A stretch of DNA of 64,000 nt from Podarcis melisellensis. Its lineage: Eukaryota. Where the stretch lies: NCBI GenBank assembly GCA_964234715.1, contig OZ174275.1. One strand, written 5' to 3'. Positions 13,708 through 26,266 of the stretch are shown one piece after another. The notes beneath the pieces were generated by a model, which worked only from the letters and a program-made list of their open reading frames with translations, made no database searches and was not told where the DNA came from. Position numbers and translations under genes: made by a program. The first letter of the stretch is position 1. Every line of letters begins with the position of its first letter.

Positions 13708-13902
13708 TTGTTACATGTGTTTTGGAAAGCAACCATTCAGTAGATGTCAGTGAGTGCTTGAAGTGGGCAGAACCTATGCCATCCCTTGTTCAGGACTGCC
13801 TGATTCCATGCAAAGATGACTGCACATTCACCCCTTGGTCTAAATTTTCCGCATGTGCTTCAGACTGTGAATCAATGCGAAGTAGAAGACGAACCCTCAC
13901 AG
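13708..13902 (+). CDS. THSD7B: THSD7B internal coding exon (195 nt, phase 1-1), TSR domain region
   Basis: Acceptor ttttgtccag|TTG and donor CACAG|gtagta. Encodes VTCVLESNHSVDVSECLKWAEPMPSLVQDCLIPCKDDCTFTPWSKFSACASDCESMRSRRRTLTG, with the Cys spacing, W and RxRxR pattern of THSD7 thrombospondin repeats. DCTFTxWSKF is recalled as THSD7B-like (THSD7A has DCQLTSWSKF). Confidence 0.93.
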
Positions 13903-14304
13903 GTAGTATCAATATTTTATACTTCATCCTTTAGTCCTTTTGTTTCAAAATGACTTTGGTGTAGACTTTGAAAATTTGTCAGATACAGTTAGGGCATTGT
14001 TCATAGAAGGTGCTTTACATTTATGTTGAAGTAGCACAATACAGTTATGATTACTGAAATTCGTGCTCCACCACTGTGCCACTGCAGGAGTTTGGCCAGG
14101 AGAGACATAGAAGTGGCCACTGAGTATCTCAACCACCACAGTTTCAAAGTCAACACAGGAACGGGCTCCCTTAAACTAATACAATCAAAGCAGTGGTTTT
14201 GGTTACAAAATGACAGCAAAATACAAAACTTGGCTGTTACTGACAGACCAAATGGGATTCTAGTCATCATCATTTTTTTATAATGGTAGCCCATCAACAA
14301 GGTT

Positions 14305-14490
14305 TCATAGTAGCCAGACTATGACTGGCTACTAGTCATGTGGCCAAATGGATGAGTGGCAGCATCACTCCAAATACCAGTTGCTGGAAAACACAAGAAA
14401 AGTGTGTGCTGTTGCCCTCACATCTTAGTTGTAGGAAACAGTGAACAAGCCCTTGGTTTGATCCAGCCACACTCTTATTATATTCTTATG
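14305..14490 (+). mobile_element. CR1 3' end remnant
   Basis: ggctactagtcatg...aataccagttgctgg...gcccttggtttgatccagc...ttcttatg. Confidence 0.55.
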
Positions 14491-16072
14491 TCCCATCAGT
14501 CCACAGGTAGCCCCAACTTTTATTGCTTTTTTTCATGCACAAACCCTTCAGCTAGCCTAACTGGTCACAACCAGTCACTGTTCTCTCTCCAAGCATATTC
14601 TCTGTGTCCATTCATAGGCAACACCTCTTGCCTGAACTATTCCTCTGTTGTCAGACTCCATGAATCATTTGGGGATATGAAGGATTGTCTGGAAAGTGAC
14701 ATACCTGGCACAGAACTAAAACATATTTGTCTCTCAGAGAAAACAGCCTAGAGGCCGCTTAGCAAAGATCCGCTGGACAGCACTTCACAAACAGCTTGTC
14801 AGTGGAGAACAGCACTTCTATGTTGCTGTGATGCACTCTTTTTTTGACAGCTAGTGTAGCATTGAGCTGTTGTCGTTGCAATGTGCTCTCTGTTGAGAAC
14901 TAGGGTATTAGAGTGATTATAAGGCTAATCAATGGAACAGGAAATCTGTTTATATCTAACTGCACCCTGACACAGGAAGTGCTCAGTTCAAATACCATGA
15001 CAGCTATGAACTCACTAATGGCCAGACTAAACATAAACTTTAATGTGCAGCATGTAGCGCTCTCTCTCCCCCTTCCTACTTTTATTCATTACAGGTGTAT
15101 GAGGGCATCCTTACCAAAAAATTCAGTGTGTCAGAAGGGGGAGGGTTATTTCTTTGCTCAGAAAGAAAATCTGCCCTGCCCCATTCCTAGGAAGAAAGGA
15201 AAAAATATGCCCATTAGTTCCAATGACAAGTCCCCCCCATGTGTTCTAGTTGTGCAGTATTTTAGTTCCAGTTGAATTTGGGAGGGAAGAGATAAGCCTT
15301 CCCTTCCTACACGCTGCCCTGTTGCATGGCTGTAATTAAGAAAGCAAAGACCTAAGAGACATGTAAAGTGGATTTGGCACTGAGGGATTGTAGGCTAGCT
15401 ACCATTTCCCCAGCTTCCCAATTTTGATGTGAGGATCCTCATCATCCTTTAGGTGTGCCTCCTGGGGACATAGGGGATTGACGACACCCTTCCCCTGATG
15501 TCCCTGTTCCAAGCCCATGTTGAGTGTGAGGGTCTGAAGTGGGCTTCCGAGTGCATTCAGATGACCACACCTAGAAAACTCAGCATGCTGAGCATACTTG
15601 CAAGTTCCCTTGAGTCCCTCATGCTAAAAGTCATAAGGGAGTGGAGAGGACTAGGCTGGCACACAGAGATGTTGGGAACATGGGCAGCGCACATACTTCC
15701 AGTCCCCCACATACTTGTTGCCATTGTGTGTTCAGGCTAAATGCCTCAAGAGGACTATACTGACATACCCTACTGTGTTGTTGTGGGCAGTCCCATCCCG
15801 CTGAATGCTCTAAAGTATTGATTAATAAAAAGGAAAAAATCATTGCTTTAATTAGTGAGAGAAGGTGTAAGTGTAGCACCATTTGAACTCCTCTTGTCTA
15901 ATGTACTGCTTAAGTAGTTCACCCAGATGGCTGACAAGGTCTCTAAGTGAGTATATTCCAGGAAGGATTGGAATCTATTCTGTTTAGCTCCACAGAGAAA
16001 TGAATCATCAGTCATCTCAGGACTCTCAATTAGGGGTGTCATGAGAAATTGAATATGGGCACTCATGTAGGT

Positions 16073-16213
16073 NNNNNNNNNNNNNNNNNNNNNNNNNNNN
16101 NNNNNNNNNNNNNNNNNNNNNNNNNNNNNNNNNNNNNNNNNNNNNNNNNNNNNNNNNNNNNNNNNNNNNNNNNNNNNNNNNNNNNNNNNNNNNNNNNNNN
16201 NNNNNNNNNNNNN
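16073..16213. other. Assembly gap (141 N)
   Basis: Run of n characters. Confidence 1.
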
Positions 16214-16583
16214 AGTCCACCTTGAGTGGATTGCCCACCTGGATTTTGCTTGTGCACAGCCCTTGCTCAAAGGGGGGGGCGTACATTGTGGGCTGTTGCC
16301 AGTTACTTTTTGAATGGGAGAGGTCTACCAGAGAGGCCTATCCCATTCAGGGATTGTCCACAGCTTCCCCAGGGAAACCCGCAGTTTACCACTGAATTGG
16401 ACCAAACAGCAATTGGGTTTTCTCTGGATTGCTGATTGCCCAATTCAGTGGTAAAGAGAGTGTTTTTCAGGAGAAAGCTGTGGGGAAATATAAAACTTGG
16501 GACAGGTGGAAGTCTGGAGAAGCTCTCAGGGATGAGCCACCATGCTGGCTATCTCACAAGGCCAGATTTTACCCTTGGTAGGA

Positions 16584-16946
16584 GGACGCGAGTGGTGCTG
16601 TGGTCTAAACTACTGAGCATAGGGCTTGCCAAACGGAAAGTCGGCAGTTTGAATCCCCGTGACGGGGTGAGCTCCTGTTGCTCGGTCCCAGCTCCTGCCA
16701 ACCTAGCAATTTGAAAGCACATCAAAGTGCAAGTAGATAAATAGGTACCACTCCAGTGGGAAGGTAAACAGCATTTTTGTGTGCTGCTCTGGTTTTGCAG
16801 AAGCAGCTTAGTCAGGCTGGCCACATGACCTGGAAAAACTTTCTGCGGACAAACGACGGCTCCCTCAGCCAGTAAAGTGAGATGAGTGCCGCAACCCTAG
16901 AGTCATTTGCGACTGGACTTAACTGTCAGGGTCCTTTACCTTTTTT
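16584..16946 (+). mobile_element. Sauria SINE (lacertid type), near full length
   Basis: ggacgcgagtggtgctgtggtctaaac head with B-box-like ttgaatcccc, the body aaagtgcaagtagataaataggtacc, and a cctttacctt tail. Confidence 0.9.
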
Positions 16947-18388
16947 AGAAGAGCTTGGGGGGGGAGGGAATATAATCACATGAGCAGTTGGAAGAAAGGA
17001 TGCAAAGGTCTGAGATTTGGGGAAACCAGGGGCCCATTAGCAGTCTAGTTAAACAACAACCCCATGCTCAATGAGTTTCAGTTTTTGATGGGTCTGGTTG
17101 AGCGGCCCCAGTTCATTTTCAGAGTGAGCTTTTAGTCTATTGCTCTCAGTTACCTATATTTCCATGCTGGTGCCAATCCTCAGATTCACTTTGTGCATTT
17201 AGTCAATGTACAGTATAGCTATTTACAGTGACCACTTGATGTGAATGCATGCATGCACAGAGACCCAAATAGTGTGTGGGAGGTGTTCTCTGAAGAGGAA
17301 GAGGAAGATGCAGTTCAGTCCTCTATGCATTTGCACAGAACATTACTCTGAGCATGGTAGAAACACACACAGGTCAAGGACCAAACCTGAGCTTTCAAGA
17401 GCATCAGGCTAATATTAAATCCTTTGCCTGGGCACCATTGCCACTTCAACCTTAGGCAGCAGTTACCAGATCTGACTCTCCATTTGACATTAAAGTGTTT
17501 ATTGCTTTGCTCTAGTAAATACAGCAAGATCAAACAATTGCAAAAGAGAATCCACTTACCCTCTCTATTATATGGCAAAATGTTTTTGGTTTTTTGAAGG
17601 AATAATATAACCTTGGCTTTTATATTATTAAAGGTGGAAATGCCGCCTCTAGCATATCACTGTTATAACTCACAAGAGAATTACTTTAGGATATAATACC
17701 AGGTGTAAAAAAAAGCTGAACCATAAATGTTACTCTACTGCAAAATGGCCGTTCAGTGTTTTATGATAAGAATTTAACTATATATATTGGTAAACCATGG
17801 CTTCAGGGAGACTGAGAATTCCTGTTGGTTTTTAAATACAGGCATCACAGTGAAAGCCATTATAGTGTAAACTCTACACACACACAGGCAAGAATAATCA
17901 GAAAATGGTATAATAATACCCATGCCTGAGTAACTCTTGTTCTTTAATGAGCCATGCTCATGAATTCTCATGTGAACAGATAATGCAATAATGTTATTGA
18001 AAAGCTGCATGATGCCTTGCTTACAGTAGCAAAGCACCCTTTAATTGGTTGCATGTTACTTTAAAACAAACAAACAAAAAGGCAATAGCTACTGTGCATT
18101 TTTGATATTCAGTCCTGGAACCTCTTTATGCTGGAAATGTTTACTAAAGTTGTCATGTTTATTTCTTTCCCCACTTTGTTGTTGAAGCCTTTGATGTATC
18201 ACCTCGGCTAATAGAGTGTCCCGATTCTCCTTTTAAGTGGAAATCGAAAATATTCAATGTTATAAGTGCAAAGCGTGACAGCAAAATGTTTCTCATGTGT
18301 TTTATTCTTATTCATTCAGATTTGGTATATCATAGCATAGGACAGTAGACACAGAGTTTGGCTCAGGGTCATAAGAGATGTTACTCCT

Positions 18389-18636
18389 ACAGCCGGTGTG
18401 GTGTAGTGGTTAAGAACAGTGGACTCGTAATCTGGTGAACCGAGTTCGCGTCCCCGCTCCTCCGCATGCAGCTGCTCGGTGACCTTGGGCTAATCACACT
18501 TCTTTGAAGTCTCTCAGCCTCACTCACCTCACAGAGTGCTTGTTGTGGGGGAGGAAGGTAAAGGAGATTGTTAGCCGCTTTGATACTCCTTAGGGTAGTG
18601 AAAAAGCGGGATATCAAATCCAAACTCTTCTTCATC
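18389..18636 (+). mobile_element. tRNA-derived SINE (Squam3-like)
   Basis: A box ggtgtagtggtt, B-box-like ccgagttcgcgtccc, L2-like 3' part (gttagccgctttga...gcgggatatcaaat) and a (CTT)n tail. Confidence 0.85.
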
Positions 18637-19069
18637 TTACCATCCTTGCTGTTCCTATGGAAGTCATCTAGGTCTCATGTATTGGAGTAGCTGAAGACTG
18701 TGGACTGCACAGTACAGGTGTGGGCCTCCCCATTTCCTAATGCATGACACATGGGACTAAACAGAGACCGCTAAAGTCTTAATACAGCAAAGGAGCCTGA
18801 CAAGTCTTCTTGCTTTATTTTGAGCAGAATAAGGTTGGAGAGACTACAACGCTGCAGAAGTTCAGTAGCAGGTTATATGCTTAGCTCCGACTTACGTGGT
18901 GCAACCACAACATAGCCTGTAAAGCTGTGCTGTTGACATGGCAGCTTTCCAATCCCACATGACCCCCACTTTCATGTGTTATTCCTTTATTCCTGGGACT
19001 CGTCCAGAAGGGTGGTTCCCACGCCACTCTTGTAATATATGAATCAGCTGGACCTTATTTCCTCTAGAA

Positions 19070-19205
19070 TAGGCATAGGCAAACTGGGCCCTCCATATGT
19101 TTTTGGCCTACAACTCCCATGATCCCTAGCTAACAGAACCAGTGGTCAAAGATGATGGGAACTGTAGTCCTAAAACATATGGAGGGCTGAGTTTGCCTAT
19201 GCCTG
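19070..19205. mobile_element. hAT (Charlie-type) palindromic MITE
   Basis: TIRs aggcataggcaaact / agtttgcctatgcct with an inverted-repeat body. Perfect 8-bp TSD CTCTAGAA (19062-19069 / 19206-19213). Confidence 0.9.
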
Positions 19206-21095
19206 CTCTAGAATACCCACATCCCTCCATAATCAAAGCATAGTTACACACCAAACACTCCATTTTAAGCAAATCACAAAAAGTGAAAGTAAGCAAAGAA
19301 GGAAACAGTTTAAATTTTGAGGCTATGAGAAGTGCTGCCTTGGTAGATTTATTAAAAAGGAAAGTGAGGTAGCTGGTATTAATATTTTTCTCAAATAAAT
19401 GTATCTGATTCATCATGAAAATTGGTCAATTTTATGGCTTTTATTGAAAATCATCCTGCTGCTTAGAGTATGTTAATGTGCACGTGGATTAGCTTCCTTC
19501 TTACTTTGTATTTAATAGCATGATTTATTTTATGCTTAAATACATGTGTGGGCTTTACATTTAGCATTATTCGTTACAGAAGCATCCCCAAGCAAATGCT
19601 GGTTAGAAGGTAATTTGAGGTTACACTACTTTGAAATCTGTATTATGCAGCTAACATTTTTGAAAAAAAGCTTTATGTTCGAGAAAGGCATATTTATCTT
19701 CTTTAATCATTAACTCAGTCAAATGTGCAGGCATTGAAACTGACTGTTTTGTGTGAAGGAGAAATATTGCAAAATATTGTTGGGTGACGTCCTCCCCGGC
19801 CCCGGCCCCCAAAAAACTGAACACTTTTTTGTTAATGTTCAAAAAACATTTTTATTTAACTAGAAAAAGTCTTTAAGACTGCTGGGTCTTGATTAAAAAT
19901 AATTTCTGATCATGATTTTTAAAACCAGCTCTGAGAATGTTAACGTGCTAATTAAAAACCATTTGGACAATAGAGTGGAATGAATATTCTTTGATGCAAG
20001 CAATCCAGTTAAATTGTGTTAATATCTCAATATCTGTGGAGAGAACTCATGGTTGGCTTACGTGCAACTTTTCACTTTCAAAAGTATTACTTGACAGCTG
20101 CTGAGTGTGCATACTTATTGTGTCACCTGTTAATGCAAAGTGAAATTAAGCCCTTGATGCCGAGATACAATGGGATAAAGAAAAGTTATGTTTAAAGATT
20201 GTCCTCTCAGGGCAAGTCCACTTCTGGAATAGATTGGTAGATTTGCTGAAGTCAGGAAAGAGGGAAGGGGGGGAAGAATTGTACTTGCTTCTCTCAGTAG
20301 AGAACCTTGTGGTAAACTGAAAGTGTGATACAACACATTGAAAAACCTTAAAAGAAATAACAGTTTTTGAGCTTCAAAATCTCCAGGTGATGAGAAGTTT
20401 CAGTGGTGTAGTGCTTACCTGGGCTGGACTTGGGCTCCTTTAGAATGATGTCACTGGAAGTTTGTTGGCATTGTGTAATTTCTTTGTGTTTATTTACAAA
20501 TATACAAGTTGAACATGGGCGGTGTTACAGTGTTAAACATTCTTGACCAAAATACCCTGCCAGGCCTTAAGCATTTCTTGTCTACTCATAAAGTTATCCC
20601 TGATCTTATGAACCTCCAGTACATATCCCTGTTGTGTATTCAGCTAATTTGCAAAATAACTACGAAGGAAGAGCCGCAGCTAGCTAAATCTACCTAGTGG
20701 GTTTCCCTAAGCAACCAGTGATGTTGCAGGGCTTAAAGTGAGGGGAGAGAAGGGAGATAATAAATTTACTTTCTTAAGATAATTATGGGGCAAATTAAGA
20801 GCTTTTTCAGGTGTGTGTTTTCCTAATAAGAGTAGGCAGACAGTTGTTCTCTTTCTATCATTCTGTGCTTCATCCCAAACAATTCCCCCTCCTCCACAAG
20901 TTCCTTTAGGTTCTCTGGTTGCCCTGGAGACAGCGACATTTTCTCGGCCCTCTGGAGCACGGGCAACAACAACTAACAGATGTCTTTGAACCAGCTCTTC
21001 TGTATTTACATTTCGGATTGTGTTGGTTCTAACTGTATCAAACCCCTTCAAGTGTAAATAATACGACATATTGTTATCAAAAGCAGCAGATGCTA

Positions 21096-21102
21096 CACTA
21101 AC
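21096..21102 (+). promoter_or_regulatory. Candidate branch point (CACTAAC) for the exon at 21128
   Basis: Near-consensus YNCTRAC with the branch A about 27 nt upstream of the exon start. Confidence 0.55.
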
Positions 21103-21127
21103 AAGCATATTTTCCCGGTCGGAACAG

Positions 21128-21391
21128 GGAGAAGCAGAAAGCGAGACAAGTGCCAGAATACAGAAGTGTATCCCCTTGTTGAAGCGGAACCATGCCCTTG
21201 CACAATATTTACCAGCCGGCCCCATGGAAATTGGTCGGAATGCATAATTTCCGTAGGGAAAACAGAGCTGCAGCTAGAACAGAGATTTCACGGGCATGCC
21301 AAGGAATGTGGAGAAGGGGTGCGCTTCAGAGCCCTGGCCTGCTACGATAAGACCGGCAGACTTGTGGAACCGTCTCATTGCAACCATTCAG
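21128..21391 (+). CDS. THSD7B: THSD7B internal coding exon (264 nt, phase 1-1)
   Basis: Acceptor ggaacag|GG and donor TTCAG|gtaagt. In frame with the previous exon: (G)RSRKRDKCQNTEVYPLVEAEPCPCTIFTSRPHGNWSECII...KECGEGVRFRALACYDKTGRLVEPSHCNHS(G). Matches the recalled THSD7B motifs YPLVE, GNWSxCI and ECGEGxRFRA. Confidence 0.93.
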
Positions 21392-21807
21392 GTAAGTTGG
21401 AGTGCCCTGTATAAACAATGGAGGCCCAGAGTCTACCACTGGTCATGCAGCGTTTGATACCTTTCTATTTCCTGTGTCAAACATTAGCTGAATCCCAGAT
21501 AAAAGAAGACAGGAAAATTTAAGTAACGTTGCATTAATCAAGCTTAATATGTCAGTGGGCTTATAAAGAGGTCCGCCTCTTTGAAGTGACTCATTTCAGT
21601 TTGGAATTTGTTTGAATTGAATGCACACCCTTAGTTGAAGCTGGTGGTAGCAACAGCGTCCTGATCTCCTGGGTACAATCTTTAGTTCATGATGGAGGTA
21701 GGAGGCTTCTTTATTTGTTATCCAGAAGGGAGGATTTCAGCAGGAATACCTTTCCTGACAAATGACATCTGCTGAAATTCCTTCTTCTGCACACCTTTCC
21801 TCCTTTG

Positions 21808-22115
21808 TACCTGGGCGGCACCCCCACAATTCTACCCCGACACTGAGGTCCAACACTGAGGGCCTTCCGGTGGTTCCCTCACTGCGAGAAGCCAAGTTAC
21901 AGGAAACCAGGCAAAGGGCCTTCTTGGTAGTGGCACCCACCCTATGGAATGCCCTCCCACCAGATATCAAAGAGAACAACTACCAGACTTTTAGAAGACA
22001 TCTGAAGGCAACCCTGTTTAGGGAAGCTTTTAATGTTTGATGGATTACTGTATTTTAATATTTTGTTGGAAGCTGCCCAGAGTGGCTGGGGAAGCCCAGC
22101 CAGATGGACAGGGTG

Positions 22116-22154
<39 letters not shown>
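21808..22154 (+). mobile_element. L2-clade LINE 3' end with (TAAA)n tail
   Basis: ORF end TLRS...RAFLVVAPTLWNALPPDIKE...FRRHLKATLFREAF* is the typical L2 C-terminus, followed by ggaagctgcccagagtggctgggg and a (AAAT)n tail. Confidence 0.88.
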
Positions 22155-22155
<1 letters not shown>

Positions 22156-22876
22156 CTCTCCTGTGGAGGGGAAGCAGTGTAGTCTCAGCCCTACCATCTG
22201 CACTCCATTGCTGGAGTTTGGATAGCACTGTTTGATCCTGTTCTTTGACTGTGAGATCAGTATGGCTTTCTTTTGGATTTGCTGTGTGCCAGCAAATCAA
22301 ATGTTGGTTTAGTCATTGGTCGTACTCCTCTCTCAGCCACGTTTCAGATGAGCTGCCTTTTTATTTGTTTGTCAAGGTGCCATATCAATGCTTATCCATT
22401 CATAACATCTATCATTTCCTTAAGTTTAAAAAGAAACGAGCCAATTTTAAAATGTTGCACAGTTGTTGTTTTTATAATTTGTGGGGAGATGTCACAAGTG
22501 CTAGCTAATTACCAATGTTCACAATCAGTTCCTACTGCAAATTTACAGAACCCTTTCCCTGCCTAAACCCAAGGTGTGGAAATGTATTTTTAGACTGAAG
22601 TCTGCAAGGCTATACACATTTAGTCAGGGTTCAATGGAGCTGACAATTCTGTAAACATGCACAAGAATGCATTACGTAATTCATTTGGCAAGTATACGAC
22701 ATATCAGGGATTGCACTTGAACGGCCTCACTGCTCTATAAGTGTAGTGTCAGTCTTCAATTGTAGACTGCTATTACCATGGTTTGTAGATTAGAAACTTA
22801 AATTTATATGCTGCCTTTCTACAAAGCAAATTGTGTCCAAGGCAATTATAATCAACGAAGCATAAACAAACTGCAA

Positions 22877-22962
22877 TAAAGGTAAAGGGTGAAGGGACCC
22901 CTGACCATTAGGTCCAGGCGCGGACGACTCTGGGGTTGTGGCGCTCATCTCGCTTTAATGGC
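22877..22962 (-). mobile_element. Sauria SINE 3' fragment
   Basis: taaaggtaaagggtgaagggacccctgaccattaggtcc...ctcatctcgcttta is the reverse complement of the 3' end of the copy at 36835. Confidence 0.85.
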
Positions 22963-24581
22963 AACCCACATCTCATTAAGGTTGCCTGCCCCATCTGCCC
23001 CCTGTGGCAATCTTACACTCCATGCTGCCCATGCACTCTAGGGGCATTCTGAATGAGTTCCCTTCCTTTGGCAGGGCTAAGGGTGAGATGATACCCTTTC
23101 ACATAGTTTAATGGCAGCCCGCCTTCCATGTCTTACATCTTCATTTTGAATTCTCCTTGAGCTGAGGGCTGGGATAAAACAAGTGGAAGCAGCCAAGCCC
23201 TTGATGGTAGCCAGTATATCTCCCCCCCCCCCTGCAGATCTGACAGCTGGTTAATTGTCTTCTAATTACTTTGTTATAGAGAAACAATGGTATTGAGTGT
23301 GGCATCCCACCCAATAGGTATGACCTAAAAATAACAGCGCAGAGGTGGCAGGATTTATGGAAAGAGAAAGAAGCAGGAGACTTAGGGAAGGGTGGGAGTC
23401 AGTACAGCAAAACATTGAACACAGGCCAAAGGACTCGTAGTCTTTTGCCTGCAAACATGAGCTGGAGATACAGACTATTTGTTACCCTATCCTGCTAAAG
23501 AGTTTATTCTCCCATCAAGCTGCTGCCTTTTGCTTTAGTTCTTCCCTTTGCCTGCTGTCACTTTCTGTCACTCTTTTTGTTTTGGTCATTTCCTTCCCGT
23601 ATACTCTGCACATATCCCAGTTTGCTCTGCTTTTCTCATTTTGGGCTTTGTCATGCGCTGCCTCCCACTATCCCCAGTGGGGAGAAAGGGTTGTTAGCAG
23701 AGCTGGTGTTGTGCCGATCAATTTGGTTGTAATGAGAATCCAAGGAGGGAAACCAAACAGGAGCAGACAATATGAAGATATTCTGTAATGGAGGAGTTCA
23801 TTGGAGTATAACAGTTTCATTCTAGCGCTGACAGTAAATTCAGGGAAGGCAGCTTCTTATGAGTCATTGCACACTTTCCAGATTTTGCTTTCTCAAACTT
23901 TTTATCAGTAAAGGCAGCACAAGCAAACTATTTCATTAACAGGGAGGGTTTCCCCCATTCTTTCCTTGCCTATGGGCAACAATCTTAATCAGGTAAAAAC
24001 TCTTTGGCAATTATGGCGTATTTTGATTTCTTGTTAGTATGCCTCATTGAAAAAACCAAATTAAAAAATAAGTAAAAAGCAGTATTGCTTGTGAAATTAT
24101 TATTTAGCCCTTATACACTTGAAAATACTGCTTTATACAATAATCATATATGCTGCAACTATCTCAGTGTGCAGAGTGCTATGTCACTCACCATCTCCTT
24201 CTTTGTCACAATTTCACCATGGCTATTTTTTGGTTGACAAATAGAGACATGAGTCTGAGAGATGGCGAGTCTTTAGCTGAAGTGAGATTTTTGAACTTGG
24301 GTGCTCTTGAATAAAATACAGTTGCCCACACGCTGGACCACCTCAAATGTACCCCACTAGCCGTGTACTGTGCCTCTCAGAAACTTGACAGTCCACCTGG
24401 GTTTGCAGTCCTAAGCAGACAGCAACATGTGGGTGGGGGGTTATTGAGCCCTTAGCTGTCTGTTTTCAACTTGGCAGATTGCAAGTTGTGCAGACTTTCA
24501 TCTGGGCTCTTAGGAGCTAACTAAAGAGTTTCTCCTTACATTCCACCTCAAATCAGCACCATTATCGAAATTAAATATGTA

Positions 24582-24645
24582 CAGTCATACCTCGGGTTAA
24601 AGTTGCTTCAGTCTGAGTGTTTTTGGGTTGCGCTCCGCGGCGAGT
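24582..24645. mobile_element. Tigger-like MITE, left end only
   Basis: TA|cagtcatacctcgggttaaagttgcttcag, similar to the start of 28537. No matching right TIR was seen. Confidence 0.5.
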
Positions 24646-26241
24646 TGAGACCTCTGCTTTTGGACACATGTAGCTTGGCCACATGGGTTTTGATTTTGGA
24701 ATTGCATATTCTTCCCTAAAAAGCTATGAGATAACCACCCGTTAGTGTCAGGTTCTGAAATGGCAATCATTTTGTCATACCTGCAAAGTGCTGTTGCAGT
24801 CAATGGGATGCAGCTGCCTGGAACACACATCTGCAGAGCAGCTGTTTGAGCTGTTACAAATCACATTGTTAAAGCAATCCATAGATAGGTACAGGTGGAA
24901 ACGTGTCAGTCTAGATATAAAGGAACACAGTTGGTCCCCAACTGAGACTTTGAAAGGAAAAAGGAAGTTCACCAAGAAAATTCTCGACTTGCTTGTTTGC
25001 TTGAGGATTAACTTTAATTAACACCGGCAGTGCTCCCCTGCCCCCTGCTCTGGACCCTTCTCTAGATCTTTTCTTCTTTTGCTGTAATTGTGGGAATTTG
25101 CCTCCTGCAGAATGAAAATGTCACAAATTGGCCTCTGCTGAGCCACTGAAATAACTGGCATTGTTGATATGTGTCTAAACACAGCTGCATCACACAGAGA
25201 GAATGAAGACTTATGCTTGGAAACAAGCTCTCTGGGTAATTCTGGTTTAAAGAAATTATCCATTTCTTGGGACATTGCTTAGGACTGAAGCAGTGAAATG
25301 CAGGCCTCCTCAAGGTCACGTCCTCAAAATACAAGCTTCATCCCTTTTAACCTTGGAAACTAGCTTAAGTACAGGTGCATGAAGCATACACTGAGAACAT
25401 AGGCAGAGGCTACAAATGCTGACAGCTTGTGCTGTTTCCAGGATTTTTCACCCAGGGGCATAGCAATAGCGCTGTCCACTGAGGTGTGCTGGCCCAGGCC
25501 CTTTCCCTCACAGTCCCTTCAGGGGACCCATCCCATGTGACTAAGAAACTTGCCAGATGCCCCAGCACCAGTTGTAAGGTGCGTCAAACGGTTGTGACAA
25601 ATAAATAAACAGCCCTACAAATGCAACAGAATAAGTATACATACATACCAAACAGAATTATTATGGAAAAGGTAAAAACAACAACCCAGGAATGAGTTGA
25701 CCAGTTATATCCTGATTAAGATTCCTTCCTTACCTTGACAAGCAGGAGCTAATCTGGGTCCATAGCAGTCACAATAGTAGCTTAAGACTTAGTTAGCACC
25801 ATGTGAAATGGTAGGTAGGTCTGAATAGGCAAGAAACACAATGCTTGTGCCTTTGGAAGGCCTACCCTTGCATACTTAATGAGTGGACCACCCCACCTAA
25901 TAAGCAAGCGTATGCCTACCAGCCATTCCAGGTCAACCTTCGCCCACTCCCTTCCAGCCACTTTGTGACTGGCCGGGAGAGGAACTGAGAGCTAGGCAGT
26001 CCTCTGTGGCTGCAGCAGTCAGGCATGCAGCTCACCTTTTGTCTTTGCCTCCATCATTATGTCACAGATACAAAGTGTCTAGTGTCATTGGGAATCTGGG
26101 GTTAGTATTCAGTGACACTTTGGCCAGAAGGATGCAGAGCCTGTCGTGCACTTCCTCTAAATCCAGCGCTCAAAAAAGGATCCTTTCAGTGGTTAGCAAA
26201 TTGCCTCTTTGCCACTGTTAGGTTTGGGAATCTTGCTGATA

Positions 26242-26266
26242 AAAAGGTAAAGGTAAAGGGACCCCT
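26242..26266 (-). mobile_element. Sauria SINE tail remnant
   Basis: aaaaggtaaaggtaaagggacccct is the reverse complement of the SINE tail only. Confidence 0.55.

Noticed and set aside
13875-13892. Furin site RSRR in THSD7B
   Set aside because: Corresponds to the structural arginine ladder of the TSR fold, so it is unlikely to be a cleavage site.
15848-16286. ORFs spanning the N run
   Set aside because: Artefacts of translating through an assembly gap.
20707-21225. 172-aa antisense ORF overlapping a THSD7B exon
   Set aside because: No recognisable domain; partly a shadow of the coding exon; no supporting gene structure.
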